NCBI GenBank assembly: GCA_015490895.1
Contig: WFWY01000148.1
Span: forward strand, 5,522 to 69,521
Source: Thiotrichaceae bacterium
GTDB taxonomy: Bacteria; Pseudomonadota; Gammaproteobacteria; Thiotrichales; Thiotrichaceae
Reading direction: 5' to 3'
DNA: 64,000 nt
Below, one piece after another: positions 10,464 to 19,531 of the stretch. Positions within the stretch are counted from its first letter, which is position 1, and every line of letters begins with the position of its first letter. The position numbers and the translations under genes were made by a program. Under the pieces are notes generated by a model. The model was not told where the DNA came from, searched no databases, and saw only the letters and a list, made by a program, of their open reading frames with translations.

Positions 10464-11458
10464 GAAGACTTTCCTGACTGCGAACCCATGGTCATGGACA
10501 TGATAGCCATACGTATGGCTATACCATTCGTCACTTGCGGTAGAATCACCGACTGAGGGCCATCGGCCACCTTGCTATCAATTTCCACACCACGGTTACT
10601 AGGCCCAGGGTGCATGACAATCGCTTTTGGTTTGGCATAACGAAGACCTTCTTCAGTGAGTCCGTAGCGTTTGTAAAATTCATGTGCGGAGGGTAACAGG
10701 GCGTGTTGCATACGTTCTTTTTGCAGGCGCAGCATAATAATAACATCGACATCATCCAGTCCTGCGTGCAAATCATGAAAAACATTCACCCCCATCTGCT
10801 CTATACCGGTAGGAATCAGGGTACGAGGTCCAATAACACGAACTTCTCCTGTACACAGGGTTGTCAGGGCGTGTATTTGTGAACGCGCCACCCGTGAGTG
10901 TAAAATATCTCCAACAATGGCAACTTTTAAAGGGGCAAAGGTGCCCTTGAACTGTCGTATGGTGAGCATATCCAGCATGGCTTGAGTAGGATGGGCATGC
11001 CGACCATCTCCGGCGTTTATCACACTAATGTAGGGGGCGCAGTATCGGGCAATAAAATGTGCTGCCCCGCTATGCTGGTGGCGTACTACAAACATATCGA
11101 CATTCATGGCTTCCAGGTTTCTGATTGTGTCCAGCAAGCTTTCACCTTTGGCGGTGGCAGAGGTGCGGATATCCAGGTTGATAATATCTGCAGAAAGGCG
11201 CTGTGCTGCCAGCTCGAAGGTTGTACGTGTTCGGGTGGAGTTTTCAAAAAAAAGATTAACGACTGTTTTTCCACGCAAAAGAGGGGCTTTGCGTTGTGTT
11301 TTGTTTGGCAGGGTTACAAACTGTTCTGCTCGATTCAGGATTTCCTCGAGCATGAGAGGAGGTAGTCCTTCAACCGTTAAAAAGTGCTTTAGGTGCCCCT
11401 CTTTGGTGAGTTGCAGGCTAGAGGGTAATGGGCCAGGAAGTAAGTCCGGATTAGTCAT
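10460..11458 (-). CDS. pyrB: Aspartate carbamoyltransferase catalytic subunit
   Basis: [13 protein letters not shown] and [11 protein letters not shown] motifs. 332 aa. Confidence 0.95.
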   Translation of the reverse strand: MTNPDLLPGPLPSSLQLTKEGHLKHFLTVEGLPPLMLEEILNRAEQFVTLPNKTQRKAPLLRGKTVVNLFFENSTRTRTTFELAAQRLSADIINLDIRTSATAKGESLLDTIRNLEAMNVDMFVVRHQHSGAAHFIARYCAPYISVINAGDGRHAHPTQAMLDMLTIRQFKGTFAPLKVAIVGDILHSRVARSQIHALTTLCTGEVRVIGPRTLIPTGIEQMGVNVFHDLHAGLDDVDVIIMLRLQKERMQHALLPSAHEFYKRYGLTEEGLRYAKPKAIVMHPGPSNRGVEIDSKVADGPQSVILPQVTNGIAIRMAIMSMTMGSQSGKSS

Positions 11459-11963
11459 TTTTGGTGATGATATTCAGGGCAATGTTGTCCGGACCACTTA
11501 GTTCGATATATTGGTTGGGTTGCAAAGCTTGCTTGATCCCGCTGACATGCGCTTCTATGGGTAACTCCCTGCCTTCGCGTTCGAATAGTATGGCCAATAT
11601 TATACTGGCTGGTCTGCCATAATCATATAGTTCATTCATGGCTGCACGAATCGTTCTTCCGGTGAATAATACATCATCGACCAGGATGATGTGCCGGTCT
11701 TCTACCGAGAAAGGGAGACTGGAAGGGAGGATTTGGGGATGTAACCCGTTGCGGCTAAAATCATCACGGTAAAAGTTAATATTCAATTTTCCAATGACAC
11801 CTGGCAAGTCGAGCTTTTGATGAAGGATATCAGCCAGCCAAACACCGGCAGTATGGATGCCTACCACCAGAGGGTCTTCAATATTTCTTTCTTGCAGATA
11901 GACAGCCAGGTCTTCCGCCATTTGCTGAATCGTTTGTTCAATATTAGCCTGATATGGTTGCAT
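11451..11963 (-). CDS. pyrR: Bifunctional pyrimidine operon regulator / uracil phosphoribosyltransferase PyrR
   Basis: 170 aa. PRPP-binding motif [17 protein letters not shown]. Conserved position upstream of pyrB. Confidence 0.9.
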   Translation of the reverse strand: MQPYQANIEQTIQQMAEDLAVYLQERNIEDPLVVGIHTAGVWLADILHQKLDLPGVIGKLNINFYRDDFSRNGLHPQILPSSLPFSVEDRHIILVDDVLFTGRTIRAAMNELYDYGRPASIILAILFEREGRELPIEAHVSGIKQALQPNQYIELSGPDNIALNIITKND

Positions 11964-12375
11964 TTTTTATTACCCAGGATTCCAGAATGATGGCTGCTGC
12001 AAGCTGATCGATTTCATGCTTTCGAATTATTTTTTTGCATCCCGCCTGGCGAAGCTCTTTCAGGCGTTGTTCCGCTTCCAGTGAAGTTAGCTGCTCACTG
12101 ATAGTTTCTACGGGCAGCTGGTATCTTCCTGCTAGCTGGCGACAAAACTTTTCTACTCTGGTGGTCATCTCATTTTTAGTTCCATCCAGGTGATAAGGCA
12201 TGCCAACTATCAGGGTGTAAGGGCGCCATTCTGCGACTAGCTGACTAATGCGGCTCCAGTCAGGTTGGCCATTAATGCTGGATAAAGTGCAAAGTGGTGT
12301 TGCAATGCCGGTTTGCTTGTTGGCTACTGCAACACCGGTACGTTGCAGGCCAAAATCAAAACCAAGTACACTCAT
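11944..12375 (-). CDS. ruvX: Holliday junction resolvase-like nuclease RuvX (YqgF)
   Basis: VLGFDFGLQRTGVAV N-terminus. 143 aa. Conserved yqgE-ruvX-pyrR order. Confidence 0.9.
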   Translation of the reverse strand: MSVLGFDFGLQRTGVAVANKQTGIATPLCTLSSINGQPDWSRISQLVAEWRPYTLIVGMPYHLDGTKNEMTTRVEKFCRQLAGRYQLPVETISEQLTSLEAEQRLKELRQAGCKKIIRKHEIDQLAAAIILESWVIKNATISG

Positions 12376-12377
12376 AT

Positions 12378-13004
12378 TCAGGCGTGTCCTGCCAGGTCAG
12401 ACATTAGTCGGACATCGAAGCCAAGCAGTTGTGAAGCGTTTTGCCAGCGTGAGGGAAAGGGGGTGCTAAAAATGATTGATGATTCAATCGGACATGATAA
12501 CCAGGCGTTTTCCAGAATTTCCTCCTCTATCTGGCCGGCGCTCCAGCTGGCACACCCTAGTGTCAGAATGTAGTTGTCAGGTCCCCGTCCTCTGGCGATA
12601 TCGGCCAGAATATCCTTGGAGGCTGTGATAGCGAGGTTGTCCGAGATGCGTAGTGTGTTTTCCCAGTCTCTATCAGTATCGTGTACGACAAAGCCCTGTT
12701 CAGGCTGCACAGGCCCTCCCTGCAAAACCGGTATAGATGCCAGCTCATGGTTGCAAGAGGCTATTTTAAGGTGGTCAAGCAAATCACCCAGGTTGGTTTC
12801 TGTAGGGTGGTTGATGGTGACACCGAAACAGCCATTGGCATTATGTCTGGCGATGAGTATAACGGCTTGTTCAAACCGGGGGTCACCCATGCCCGGCATG
12901 GCGATGAGGAGTTGGTTTTGTAGTTGAAGCTCTTCTTGTTGCATAGGCTGTCGAGAGATATCGGGTTGTTGGCCGGACGTCTCCTCCTGGTGCGTGTACG
13001 TCAA
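12378..13004 (-). CDS. YqgE/AlgH family protein
   Basis: LLIAMPGMGDPRFEQAVILIARHN... and WSAGQIEEEI are typical of the family. The start may be an internal Met. Confidence 0.85.
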   Translation of the reverse strand: MTYTHQEETSGQQPDISRQPMQQEELQLQNQLLIAMPGMGDPRFEQAVILIARHNANGCFGVTINHPTETNLGDLLDHLKIASCNHELASIPVLQGGPVQPEQGFVVHDTDRDWENTLRISDNLAITASKDILADIARGRGPDNYILTLGCASWSAGQIEEEILENAWLSCPIESSIIFSTPFPSRWQNASQLLGFDVRLMSDLAGHA

Positions 13005-13937
13005 TTATTCGGTACGTAAGTCATGGTACCCCGTATCGAAAATAAAGGTTCGTGTGATTTGTAACTGATCAAATTGCTCCCGCATTTTCTTGGGTAACGC
13101 CTCAAAAGGTGAGGCTATTTTAATAATACGCAAAGCGGCATTGTCCAGGATGCGAGAGCCAGATGATGTATGTATCTGAGAGCGAATAACGTTGCCTTGT
13201 TTATCAAGTATAGCATTAACAATAAGTTTTCCATTGGTACGTAAACGGATGGCTTCCTGAGGGAAATTGGCGGTACCAATGCGTTCTACCTTTTTTGCCC
13301 AGGCATCAATGTAAGCAGCTTCCATGGCGTTTTTAGCATTGGTTGAATTCAGGTAGCGGGTTTTTGGCATTTTGGAATAATTGGCTTCTTCTTCAGCCAG
13401 TTCCGAGACGAGCCGTGCTTCTTCGCGAGTCTCATCGGTAATTTCTTTGGCATCGGCTGTCTGTACAGGTTTTTCAGGTTGCTCTTCCAGCTTGGGGCTG
13501 CGCTTGAAGGTTTCCCCTTTCGTTGTTAGCAAGAGTGTTTGTAATACGGGAGGTTTATCAGGTGCTGCCTGAGTTGATGTTATGGGTGAGATTTCATTGG
13601 GAGCCAACAGGTTTTCAGATGCCATCATGCTACGTGGGCGGTTTTTTATGTTGGTAGAGCCGCTGGCTTCCTGGTTGGCCTGGGCGATAAAGTCCGCTTT
13701 CTCTGGTGCCTGGCTGGAATGTGTATTGACAATGGATATATCCAGTAGAGTAGCGTCCTTGAGCTTGCTGGAAGTATGTACTCCAAATCCTACTGCAAAA
13801 ATAAGCAGGGCATGCAGCAGTGTTGAAAACGGCATGGTTCTCGCAAGAGAGCTGGACTGAAGAGATTCTGATACTGTAGCCATAGTTTGCTTTTTGTTCG
13901 CCTTTACCGACAATTTCCCAAAGTCACATTTTACCAC
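13005..13937 (-). CDS. TonB-family energy transducer
   Basis: N-terminal TM helix (LLHALLIFAVGFGV), a Pro/Glu/Lys-rich linker, and a C-terminal TonB_C-like domain (YIDAWAKKVERIGTANFPQEA...GNVIRSQIHTSSGSRILDNAALRII). The start could be GTG 13937 or ATG 13883. Confidence 0.7.
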   Translation of the reverse strand: MVKCDFGKLSVKANKKQTMATVSESLQSSSLARTMPFSTLLHALLIFAVGFGVHTSSKLKDATLLDISIVNTHSSQAPEKADFIAQANQEASGSTNIKNRPRSMMASENLLAPNEISPITSTQAAPDKPPVLQTLLLTTKGETFKRSPKLEEQPEKPVQTADAKEITDETREEARLVSELAEEEANYSKMPKTRYLNSTNAKNAMEAAYIDAWAKKVERIGTANFPQEAIRLRTNGKLIVNAILDKQGNVIRSQIHTSSGSRILDNAALRIIKIASPFEALPKKMREQFDQLQITRTFIFDTGYHDLRTE

Positions 13938-14033
13938 AGACTACTGGATAGTTAATGTAGCTTCTGATTAAGTGTAAAAAGAGATAATGGAGCCAAATTC
14001 ACACAGGCTTCTGGCAGGGTATAACCAGGGGGG

Positions 14034-14225
14034 TTATTGTGGGGCATACCAGTCAGGGTTGGAAACAGGTCTGTTTCTCTTTAGTTTTTTCAGGCTGAAA
14101 ACTTCTTTGCACTGTGTACAGGAATATCTGGGACCAAGGCCGAGTAATCGTTTTTGAACAAAAGTGCGCTTCACTCTGTGAATGGCAAAACTGTTGCAGC
14201 TTGGGCAATACTTTCTGGATTTCAT
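14034..14225 (-). CDS. Small zinc-ribbon-like hypothetical protein
   Basis: 63 aa with two CxxC pairs (CPSC ... CTQC). No family recognised. Confidence 0.4.
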   Translation of the reverse strand: MKSRKYCPSCNSFAIHRVKRTFVQKRLLGLGPRYSCTQCKEVFSLKKLKRNRPVSNPDWYAPQ

Positions 14226-14400
14226 TTTTTCTGATTTACCTGCTTACCGGATTCCAATACTCAATACAGGGGATATACCCTGCGACTCTAAATCAGGAAA
14301 AGAAAGTTATGTATAAAAAATAGATGATCGTATTATTCACGATGATAAAAAGTCATTTATTGCCGTGATGAGTGATGGTGAGGTATCCATTGAGGCAATC

Positions 14401-14428
14401 CTTGAATTGGGTTGTCTTGCCCCAACAT
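14401..14428 (+). promoter_or_regulatory. Candidate sigma-32 (heat-shock) promoter of hslVU
   Basis: CCTTGAA (14400-14406), a 13-nt spacer, then CCCCAACAT (14420-14428), 45 nt upstream of the hslV start. Resembles the E. coli sigma-32 consensus CTTGAA-N13-17-CCCCATNT. hslVU is a classical sigma-32 operon. Confidence 0.45.
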
Positions 14429-14472
14429 TGCACTACACTTCTTTGAAATATCTTAATGTACTGGAGTAGTCA

Positions 14473-15006
14473 GTGAAGCAATATAGAGGTACAACTATTT
14501 TGTCGGTACGACGTGATGGTCAGGTCGTTATCGGTGGAGATGGACAGGTCACACTGGGCAATACTGTCATGAAAGGCAATGCACGGAAGGTACGTCGTTT
14601 GCACAACGATCAGGTTATTGCAGGTTTTGCAGGAGGAACGGCCGATGCATTTACGCTGTTTGAACGTTTTGAAGCCAAATTACAGGAGCACAATGGTCAG
14701 CTGGTTCGTGCCGCAGTGGAGATGGCGAAAGACTGGAGGACAGACCGGATGTTGCGTAGGCTCGAAGCTTTGTTGGCGGTGGCTGACAAAGAAACTTCAC
14801 TGATTATTACTGGTAATGGTGATGTTATTGAGCCGGAAGACAACCTGATAGCGATTGGATCCGGAGGGCCCTTCGCGCAGTCAGCAGCACGTGCATTACT
14901 GGATAATAGTGCATTAAACGCACGGGAGATTGTTGAGAAAAGCCTGACTATTGCAGGAGACATTTGTATCTATACCAATAACAACCTGACTATTGAGGAA
15001 CTGTAG
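14473..15006 (+). CDS. hslV: ATP-dependent protease subunit HslV
   Basis: [23 protein letters not shown]... is canonical HslV. The only in-frame start after the upstream stop is GTG 14473 (GGAG 6 nt upstream). This gives a 6-residue extension before the catalytic Thr. Confidence 0.93.
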   Translation: MKQYRGTTILSVRRDGQVVIGGDGQVTLGNTVMKGNARKVRRLHNDQVIAGFAGGTADAFTLFERFEAKLQEHNGQLVRAAVEMAKDWRTDRMLRRLEALLAVADKETSLIITGNGDVIEPEDNLIAIGSGGPFAQSAARALLDNSALNAREIVEKSLTIAGDICIYTNNNLTIEEL

Positions 15007-15007
15007 T

Positions 15008-16339
15008 ATGTCCATGACACCGAGAGAAATTGTGCATGAACTGGATAAACATGTGATTGGGCAGGATAAAGCGAAGCGTGCGGTTGCTATTGCACTGCGT
15101 AATCGTTGGCGTAGACAGCAACTGGACGATACTTTGCGCCAGGAGGTTACCCCCAAAAATATTCTTATGATAGGTCCCACCGGTGTTGGAAAAACCGAGA
15201 TCGCCAGGCGCCTGGCTAAACTGGCTGATGCTCCTTTCGTCAAGGTTGAGGCGACAAAATTTACTGAAGTTGGATACGTTGGCAAGGAAGTTGATTCCAT
15301 TATCCGTGACCTGGCTGATATGGCTGTCAAAATGACGCGTGAATCTGCTGTTAAAAAGGTTCAACATCGTGCGGAAGATGCTGCGGAAGAACGTATTCTG
15401 GATATCTTGCTACCACCGGCACGTGTCGGTAGCACAGATCCGGGAGTTGATCAGGCTTCGGAGGAAGGCTCCACACGACAGAAATTCCGTAAAAAGTTGC
15501 GGGAAGGTGAGCTGGATGAGAAAGAAATTGAAATTGATATCCGAATGAGTCCTGCCAATATTGAAATTATGACACCTCCTGGCATGGAAGACATGGCCAG
15601 CCAGCTACAGGGAATGTTCCAGAACCTGGGAAGGAAGGACAAAAAAAAGCGCAAGTTGAATATCAGGGAGGCCTTCAAGCTGTTGACTGAAGAAGAGGCT
15701 CATAAGCTGATCAATGAAGAAGAGCTCAAGTTGCAGGCATTGGAAAATGTTGAGCAAAATGGGATAGTCTTTATTGATGAAATTGATAAAGTTGTCCGTA
15801 AGGGCCAATCGGGCAGTGCTGATGTTTCTCGTGAAGGCGTACAGCGTGACCTGCTGCCATTGATTGAGGGCAGTACGGTTAGCACCAAATACGGCATGGT
15901 TAAAACAGATCATATTCTGTTCATCAGCTCGGGCGCTTTTCACCTGTCAAAACCTTCGGATTTGATACCGGAGTTACAGGGTCGTCTGCCTATTCGCGTT
16001 GAGATGGACGCACTGACAGCGGATGATTTCGCACGTATTCTGGTCGAGCCAGATGCTTCATTGACAGAGCAATATATGGGCCTGCTGGCGACCGAGGATG
16101 TCACGCTTGAGTTTACCGAAGATGGTGTTCGGCGTATTGCAGAGACAGCCTACAAGGTTAATGAAAGTACAGAGAATATTGGTGCACGTCGGTTGCACAC
16201 AGTGATGGAGCACCTGCTGGAAAGTACCTTGTTTGATTCCCCTAACGGGAAAACCAGAGTTGTCATTGATGCACAGCAGGTTGATGAAAAAATGGGTAAA
16301 CTGGCTGAGGATGAAGACTTAAGCCGTTATATCCTATAA
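15008..16339 (+). CDS. hslU: ATP-dependent protease ATPase subunit HslU
   Basis: [20 protein letters not shown] and Walker [16 protein letters not shown]. Start placed at ATG 15008, 1 nt after the hslV stop. Confidence 0.95.
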   Translation: MSMTPREIVHELDKHVIGQDKAKRAVAIALRNRWRRQQLDDTLRQEVTPKNILMIGPTGVGKTEIARRLAKLADAPFVKVEATKFTEVGYVGKEVDSIIRDLADMAVKMTRESAVKKVQHRAEDAAEERILDILLPPARVGSTDPGVDQASEEGSTRQKFRKKLREGELDEKEIEIDIRMSPANIEIMTPPGMEDMASQLQGMFQNLGRKDKKKRKLNIREAFKLLTEEEAHKLINEEELKLQALENVEQNGIVFIDEIDKVVRKGQSGSADVSREGVQRDLLPLIEGSTVSTKYGMVKTDHILFISSGAFHLSKPSDLIPELQGRLPIRVEMDALTADDFARILVEPDASLTEQYMGLLATEDVTLEFTEDGVRRIAETAYKVNESTENIGARRLHTVMEHLLESTLFDSPNGKTRVVIDAQQVDEKMGKLAEDEDLSRYIL

Positions 16340-16423
16340 TCCGGGGTTATGGTCATCTGTTTCTCAGAGCCCCTTGATTATTGAATACACGCTGATCCCT
16401 ATAACATAAGAAGGATAGAACCT

Positions 16424-16789
16424 ATGACTCCTGTTAATATCACACTTAATCAAAAATCTCGTATACTTGAAATTACCTGGCCCGATGATGTAGTGCATCA
16501 GCTGTCTTGTGAATATCTACGGGTTTCTTCTCCCTCTGCTGAGGTTCAGGGGCATGGGCCTGGTCAGGAAACATTGCAACTGGGCAAGGAAAATATCAAC
16601 ATCAAGGCTATTGAACCTGTAGGTAATTATGCAATCAAGCTGGTTTTTGATGATAACCATGATAGTGGTTTGTATAACTGGGGATACCTTCGGGAGTTAG
16701 GTGATAATATGGAAAGTAACTGGCAAGAATATCTGGAAAAATGCGAAGAGGCAGGTTATCAGCGTAAAGAAGAAGGTCAGGTCATATGA
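16424..16789 (+). CDS. DUF971 (gamma-butyrobetaine hydroxylase-like N-terminal domain) protein
   Basis: 121 aa. LSCEYLRVSSPSAEVQGHGPGQ and GNYAIKLVFDDNHDSGLYNW are typical of DUF971. Confidence 0.7.
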   Translation: MTPVNITLNQKSRILEITWPDDVVHQLSCEYLRVSSPSAEVQGHGPGQETLQLGKENINIKAIEPVGNYAIKLVFDDNHDSGLYNWGYLRELGDNMESNWQEYLEKCEEAGYQRKEEGQVI

Positions 16790-17184
16790 CGAATGATGCC
16801 TTGTCTGGACAGCTGGATAGTCTTGCCTATAATGTTGATGGATTGATTCCGGCCATTGCACAGCAGTATGATACAGGGGAGGTTTTGATGATGGCCTGGA
16901 TGAACCGCGCCGCTATCGCTGAAACCCTGGATACAGGACGAGTCTGTTACTGGTCACGTTCGCGCCAATCCTTTTGGCGTAAGGGTGAGTCGTCTGGACA
17001 GGTGCAGCTGCTCAGGGAGTTGCGCTTTGACTGCGATAAAGATACGTTGTTATTGCAAGTTGACCAGACCGGTCCAGCCTGTCATACCGGGCGGCGTAGT
17101 TGTTTTTACCACAGGGTATCGGGTCATGATGTGGTAATTGATTCTGAGCCGTTGATAGACCCGGCACAACTTTATCCACAATGA
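16786..17184 (+). CDS. hisI: Phosphoribosyl-AMP cyclohydrolase (monofunctional HisI)
   Basis: [48 protein letters not shown] and [20 protein letters not shown]. Overlaps the upstream gene by 4 nt. Confidence 0.9.
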   Translation: MTNDALSGQLDSLAYNVDGLIPAIAQQYDTGEVLMMAWMNRAAIAETLDTGRVCYWSRSRQSFWRKGESSGQVQLLRELRFDCDKDTLLLQVDQTGPACHTGRRSCFYHRVSGHDVVIDSEPLIDPAQLYPQ

Positions 17185-17417
17185 AGCGGCTGTTGCTGAT
17201 ACTAATCAGAGCATACCAGCTCATACTAAGCCCTGTATTGGGTAGCCACTGTCGTTTTTACCCCAGTTGCTCATGCTATAGCTATGAAGCTATCACGCGT
17301 CATGGTGGTCTCAAGGGGTTGTACTTGTCTATACGGCGAATATCTCGTTGCCACCCTTGGGGTAAAGGGGGCTATGACCCTGTTCCTGAGGTGCTACTTC
17401 CCAAAAAAAGAAAATGA
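17181..17417 (+). CDS. yidD: Membrane protein insertion efficiency factor YidD
   Basis: 78 aa. [23 protein letters not shown] and [14 protein letters not shown] are canonical YidD. Confidence 0.9.
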   Translation: MKRLLLILIRAYQLILSPVLGSHCRFYPSCSCYSYEAITRHGGLKGLYLSIRRISRCHPWGKGGYDPVPEVLLPKKRK

Positions 17418-17757
17418 GTGATATATTTCTTTTAGTTTATTGAAAACAAAAGGATATTATGTTCTATGGTTTGTGATGCCTGCCATTGCATAGTATTGAT
17501 ACGATCCCCCCTCCTTCATATCATCTAGAGTGAAAGCTGGTAATTATCAGTAAGATAGCTATTTTGTTTGGAAAGGGCGCTATCTTGCTGACATTTTTCT
17601 CGAAATACACTTTGTAGGCATAATTTTGATCATAAGAGGGTCTTGCTATACCATAGGGCTGTCATTTTATAAAGACCATAAAAAAATAAGAACAGGTTTC
17701 TAGCTATCAGGCGTAGAAGAACAAGGTTCGCTTACCACAAGCCAAGGGATATCCGTT

Positions 17758-18798
17758 TTGAGATATAAGATTATTATTACAGGGCCAGTAGGGGCAGGAA
17801 AAACGACTGCGATTAACTCCTTGACGGATCAGAAGGCGCTAAAAACAGATGCCCCGGTTTCTGACATGACAACCAGCCAGCGCAAGCCGACTACAACAGT
17901 CGCGCTAGACTACGGTGTTATTCGGCTGAACGAGGAGGATGTTGCACATGTCTACGGTACACCGGGACAGGAGCGCTTTGATTTCATGTGGGAGATCATT
18001 TCAGAAGGGGCGCATGGTCTTGTACTGTTGCTGGATAACAGCCGAAACTATCCTTTTCGGGATTTGCTTTATTATGTAAACCAGTTTCGGGATGTGATTG
18101 AAGCGGTGCCACTAATCATTGGGGTGACACGTTCAGATATCAAAAATGAGCCTGGTATTGACACCTACCGTGGCTGGATAAAAGAGCTTAATCTTGATGC
18201 AAGAGTGATGGTGGCAGATGCACGCAATAAAGAACACATTTACCAGTTAATTAATCAGTTAATCGAGTTGAGAAGTCAGGCAGTTGTGGGCAGCGTCAGA
18301 AAGATTGATAGCAGTAATACAGAGCAGACAAAGGTAGAAACAGGTATTGTCAACCCGCAAGCGTTTCAGGAGCCGAGGGTGCGGCAGCCAGGCGCGGATG
18401 AGGGAGGGGTGATCGCACCCGTTAGAGAGGCAGCATCGTTGGCATCGACACCAATGGCCTCGGCAAAGATACAGCTGACAGAAAAATCCATGGCAGCAGT
18501 AGCCAAAATTAATGGAGTGACGGGTGTTTCTTTAACGAATGATATGGGCGAGCTGATTGATTCTACTATTCTTGATGAAGATCTCAATGAGTTTATTGCC
18601 TTTCTCTCCGGTATCACACCGTCCATTCAAGAGGCTGCCAACCTGGGAGAAATTCACCGGATAATGTTAAGGGGCGTGAATGATGACAACCTAACGGTCT
18701 TTGTGGAAGAAGAGCAGTCACTGGGTGTTACTTCGTTGCATAAGACCTCGGTGCCTGCATTAAGCCAACAAATCGAAGATATGCTGCAATGGATATGA
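17758..18798 (+). CDS. Ras-like (MglA/CvnD-type) GTPase fused to a C-terminal Roadblock/LC7-like domain
   Basis: TTG start. G1 GPVGAGKTT, G3 GTPGQERF, G4-like GVTRSD. After a linker, about 110 aa resemble Roadblock/LC7 (VAKINGVTGVSLTNDMGELIDS...EIHRIMLRGVNDDNLTVFVEEEQSLGVTS). Confidence 0.7.
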   Translation: MRYKIIITGPVGAGKTTAINSLTDQKALKTDAPVSDMTTSQRKPTTTVALDYGVIRLNEEDVAHVYGTPGQERFDFMWEIISEGAHGLVLLLDNSRNYPFRDLLYYVNQFRDVIEAVPLIIGVTRSDIKNEPGIDTYRGWIKELNLDARVMVADARNKEHIYQLINQLIELRSQAVVGSVRKIDSSNTEQTKVETGIVNPQAFQEPRVRQPGADEGGVIAPVREAASLASTPMASAKIQLTEKSMAAVAKINGVTGVSLTNDMGELIDSTILDEDLNEFIAFLSGITPSIQEAANLGEIHRIMLRGVNDDNLTVFVEEEQSLGVTSLHKTSVPALSQQIEDMLQWI

Positions 18799-19475
18799 TG
18801 AACCAGATCGTGACGAATATTAGTGCGCTTCGAGGCGTGCATTATGCGTGTCTTTATAAAGATGGGGAGCAGCTGGCATCTTCTTTTCCTGAAGATCAAC
18901 AAGCTTCTATCATTCAGACTGCCGAAATTGTCGAGCAGGCATTTAGTGCACTGGAAGCCATCCAGAAAACACACAATGAAATGTACTTTTCTGTAAAGGA
19001 TAAATATCTTGCTACTTTCCGTTTATATGGCTCGCATTTCGCCATTTTATTGACAGAGAAAAAGATCAACTTTCCCCTGGTTCACATGGGGATCAAGTCT
19101 GCATCAGAAAAAATAAGACATATTATTGAAGAGGAAAAAAAGCAACAAGCCTTGATTGAAGCTCAGGCACAAATACAGGAAGCTCAAGCACAAATACAAC
19201 AAGCGCCGGTGGAAACAGCTGCTACAACCACAGCGCTAATTGTTCCAACTGAGCCCGCCTTACTGAAAAAGCTGGATCAATATTCCGCAGTACTGACCTC
19301 TTTTCTGGGTCCTGCAGCCCGTTTCGTTGTTGAAGACTGCGTAGATCAGTGGAAGCAGAAATATATTCAGAATGAAGATAATCTGGAGCATTTGGTAGAA
19401 CTTATACAGCAAGAGCTGGATACCGATGATGAAAGACAGCGATTTGCTCAGCAAATCAAATTGATTGTAGGTTGA
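18789..19475 (+). CDS. Roadblock/LC7-like protein with Gln/Ala-rich linker and unknown C-terminal domain
   Basis: The N-terminus resembles the Roadblock fold pattern (ISALRGVHYACLYKDGEQLASSF...YFSVKDKYLATFRLYGSHFAILLTE). The start is 18789 or 18795 (ATGA overlap with the upstream stop). Confidence 0.55.
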   Translation: MDMMNQIVTNISALRGVHYACLYKDGEQLASSFPEDQQASIIQTAEIVEQAFSALEAIQKTHNEMYFSVKDKYLATFRLYGSHFAILLTEKKINFPLVHMGIKSASEKIRHIIEEEKKQQALIEAQAQIQEAQAQIQQAPVETAATTTALIVPTEPALLKKLDQYSAVLTSFLGPAARFVVEDCVDQWKQKYIQNEDNLEHLVELIQQELDTDDERQRFAQQIKLIVG

Positions 19476-19484
19476 TAACACGTT

Positions 19485-19517
19485 AACGACTCATGACTTA
19501 TTCAGAGGCTCTTTAAG
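19485..19517. repeat. Solo right-TIR copy inside the GTPase cluster (between genes 2 and 3)
   Basis: AACGACTCATGACTTATTCAGAGGCTCTTTAAG. Confidence 0.6.
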
Positions 19518-19531
19518 GGTATCAAAACAGG

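Noticed and set aside
17172-17180. Perfect DnaA box TTATCCACA at the hisI/yidD junction
   Set aside because: It is a single box inside coding sequence, which is within chance expectation (about 0.5 perfect 9-mers per 64 kb on both strands).
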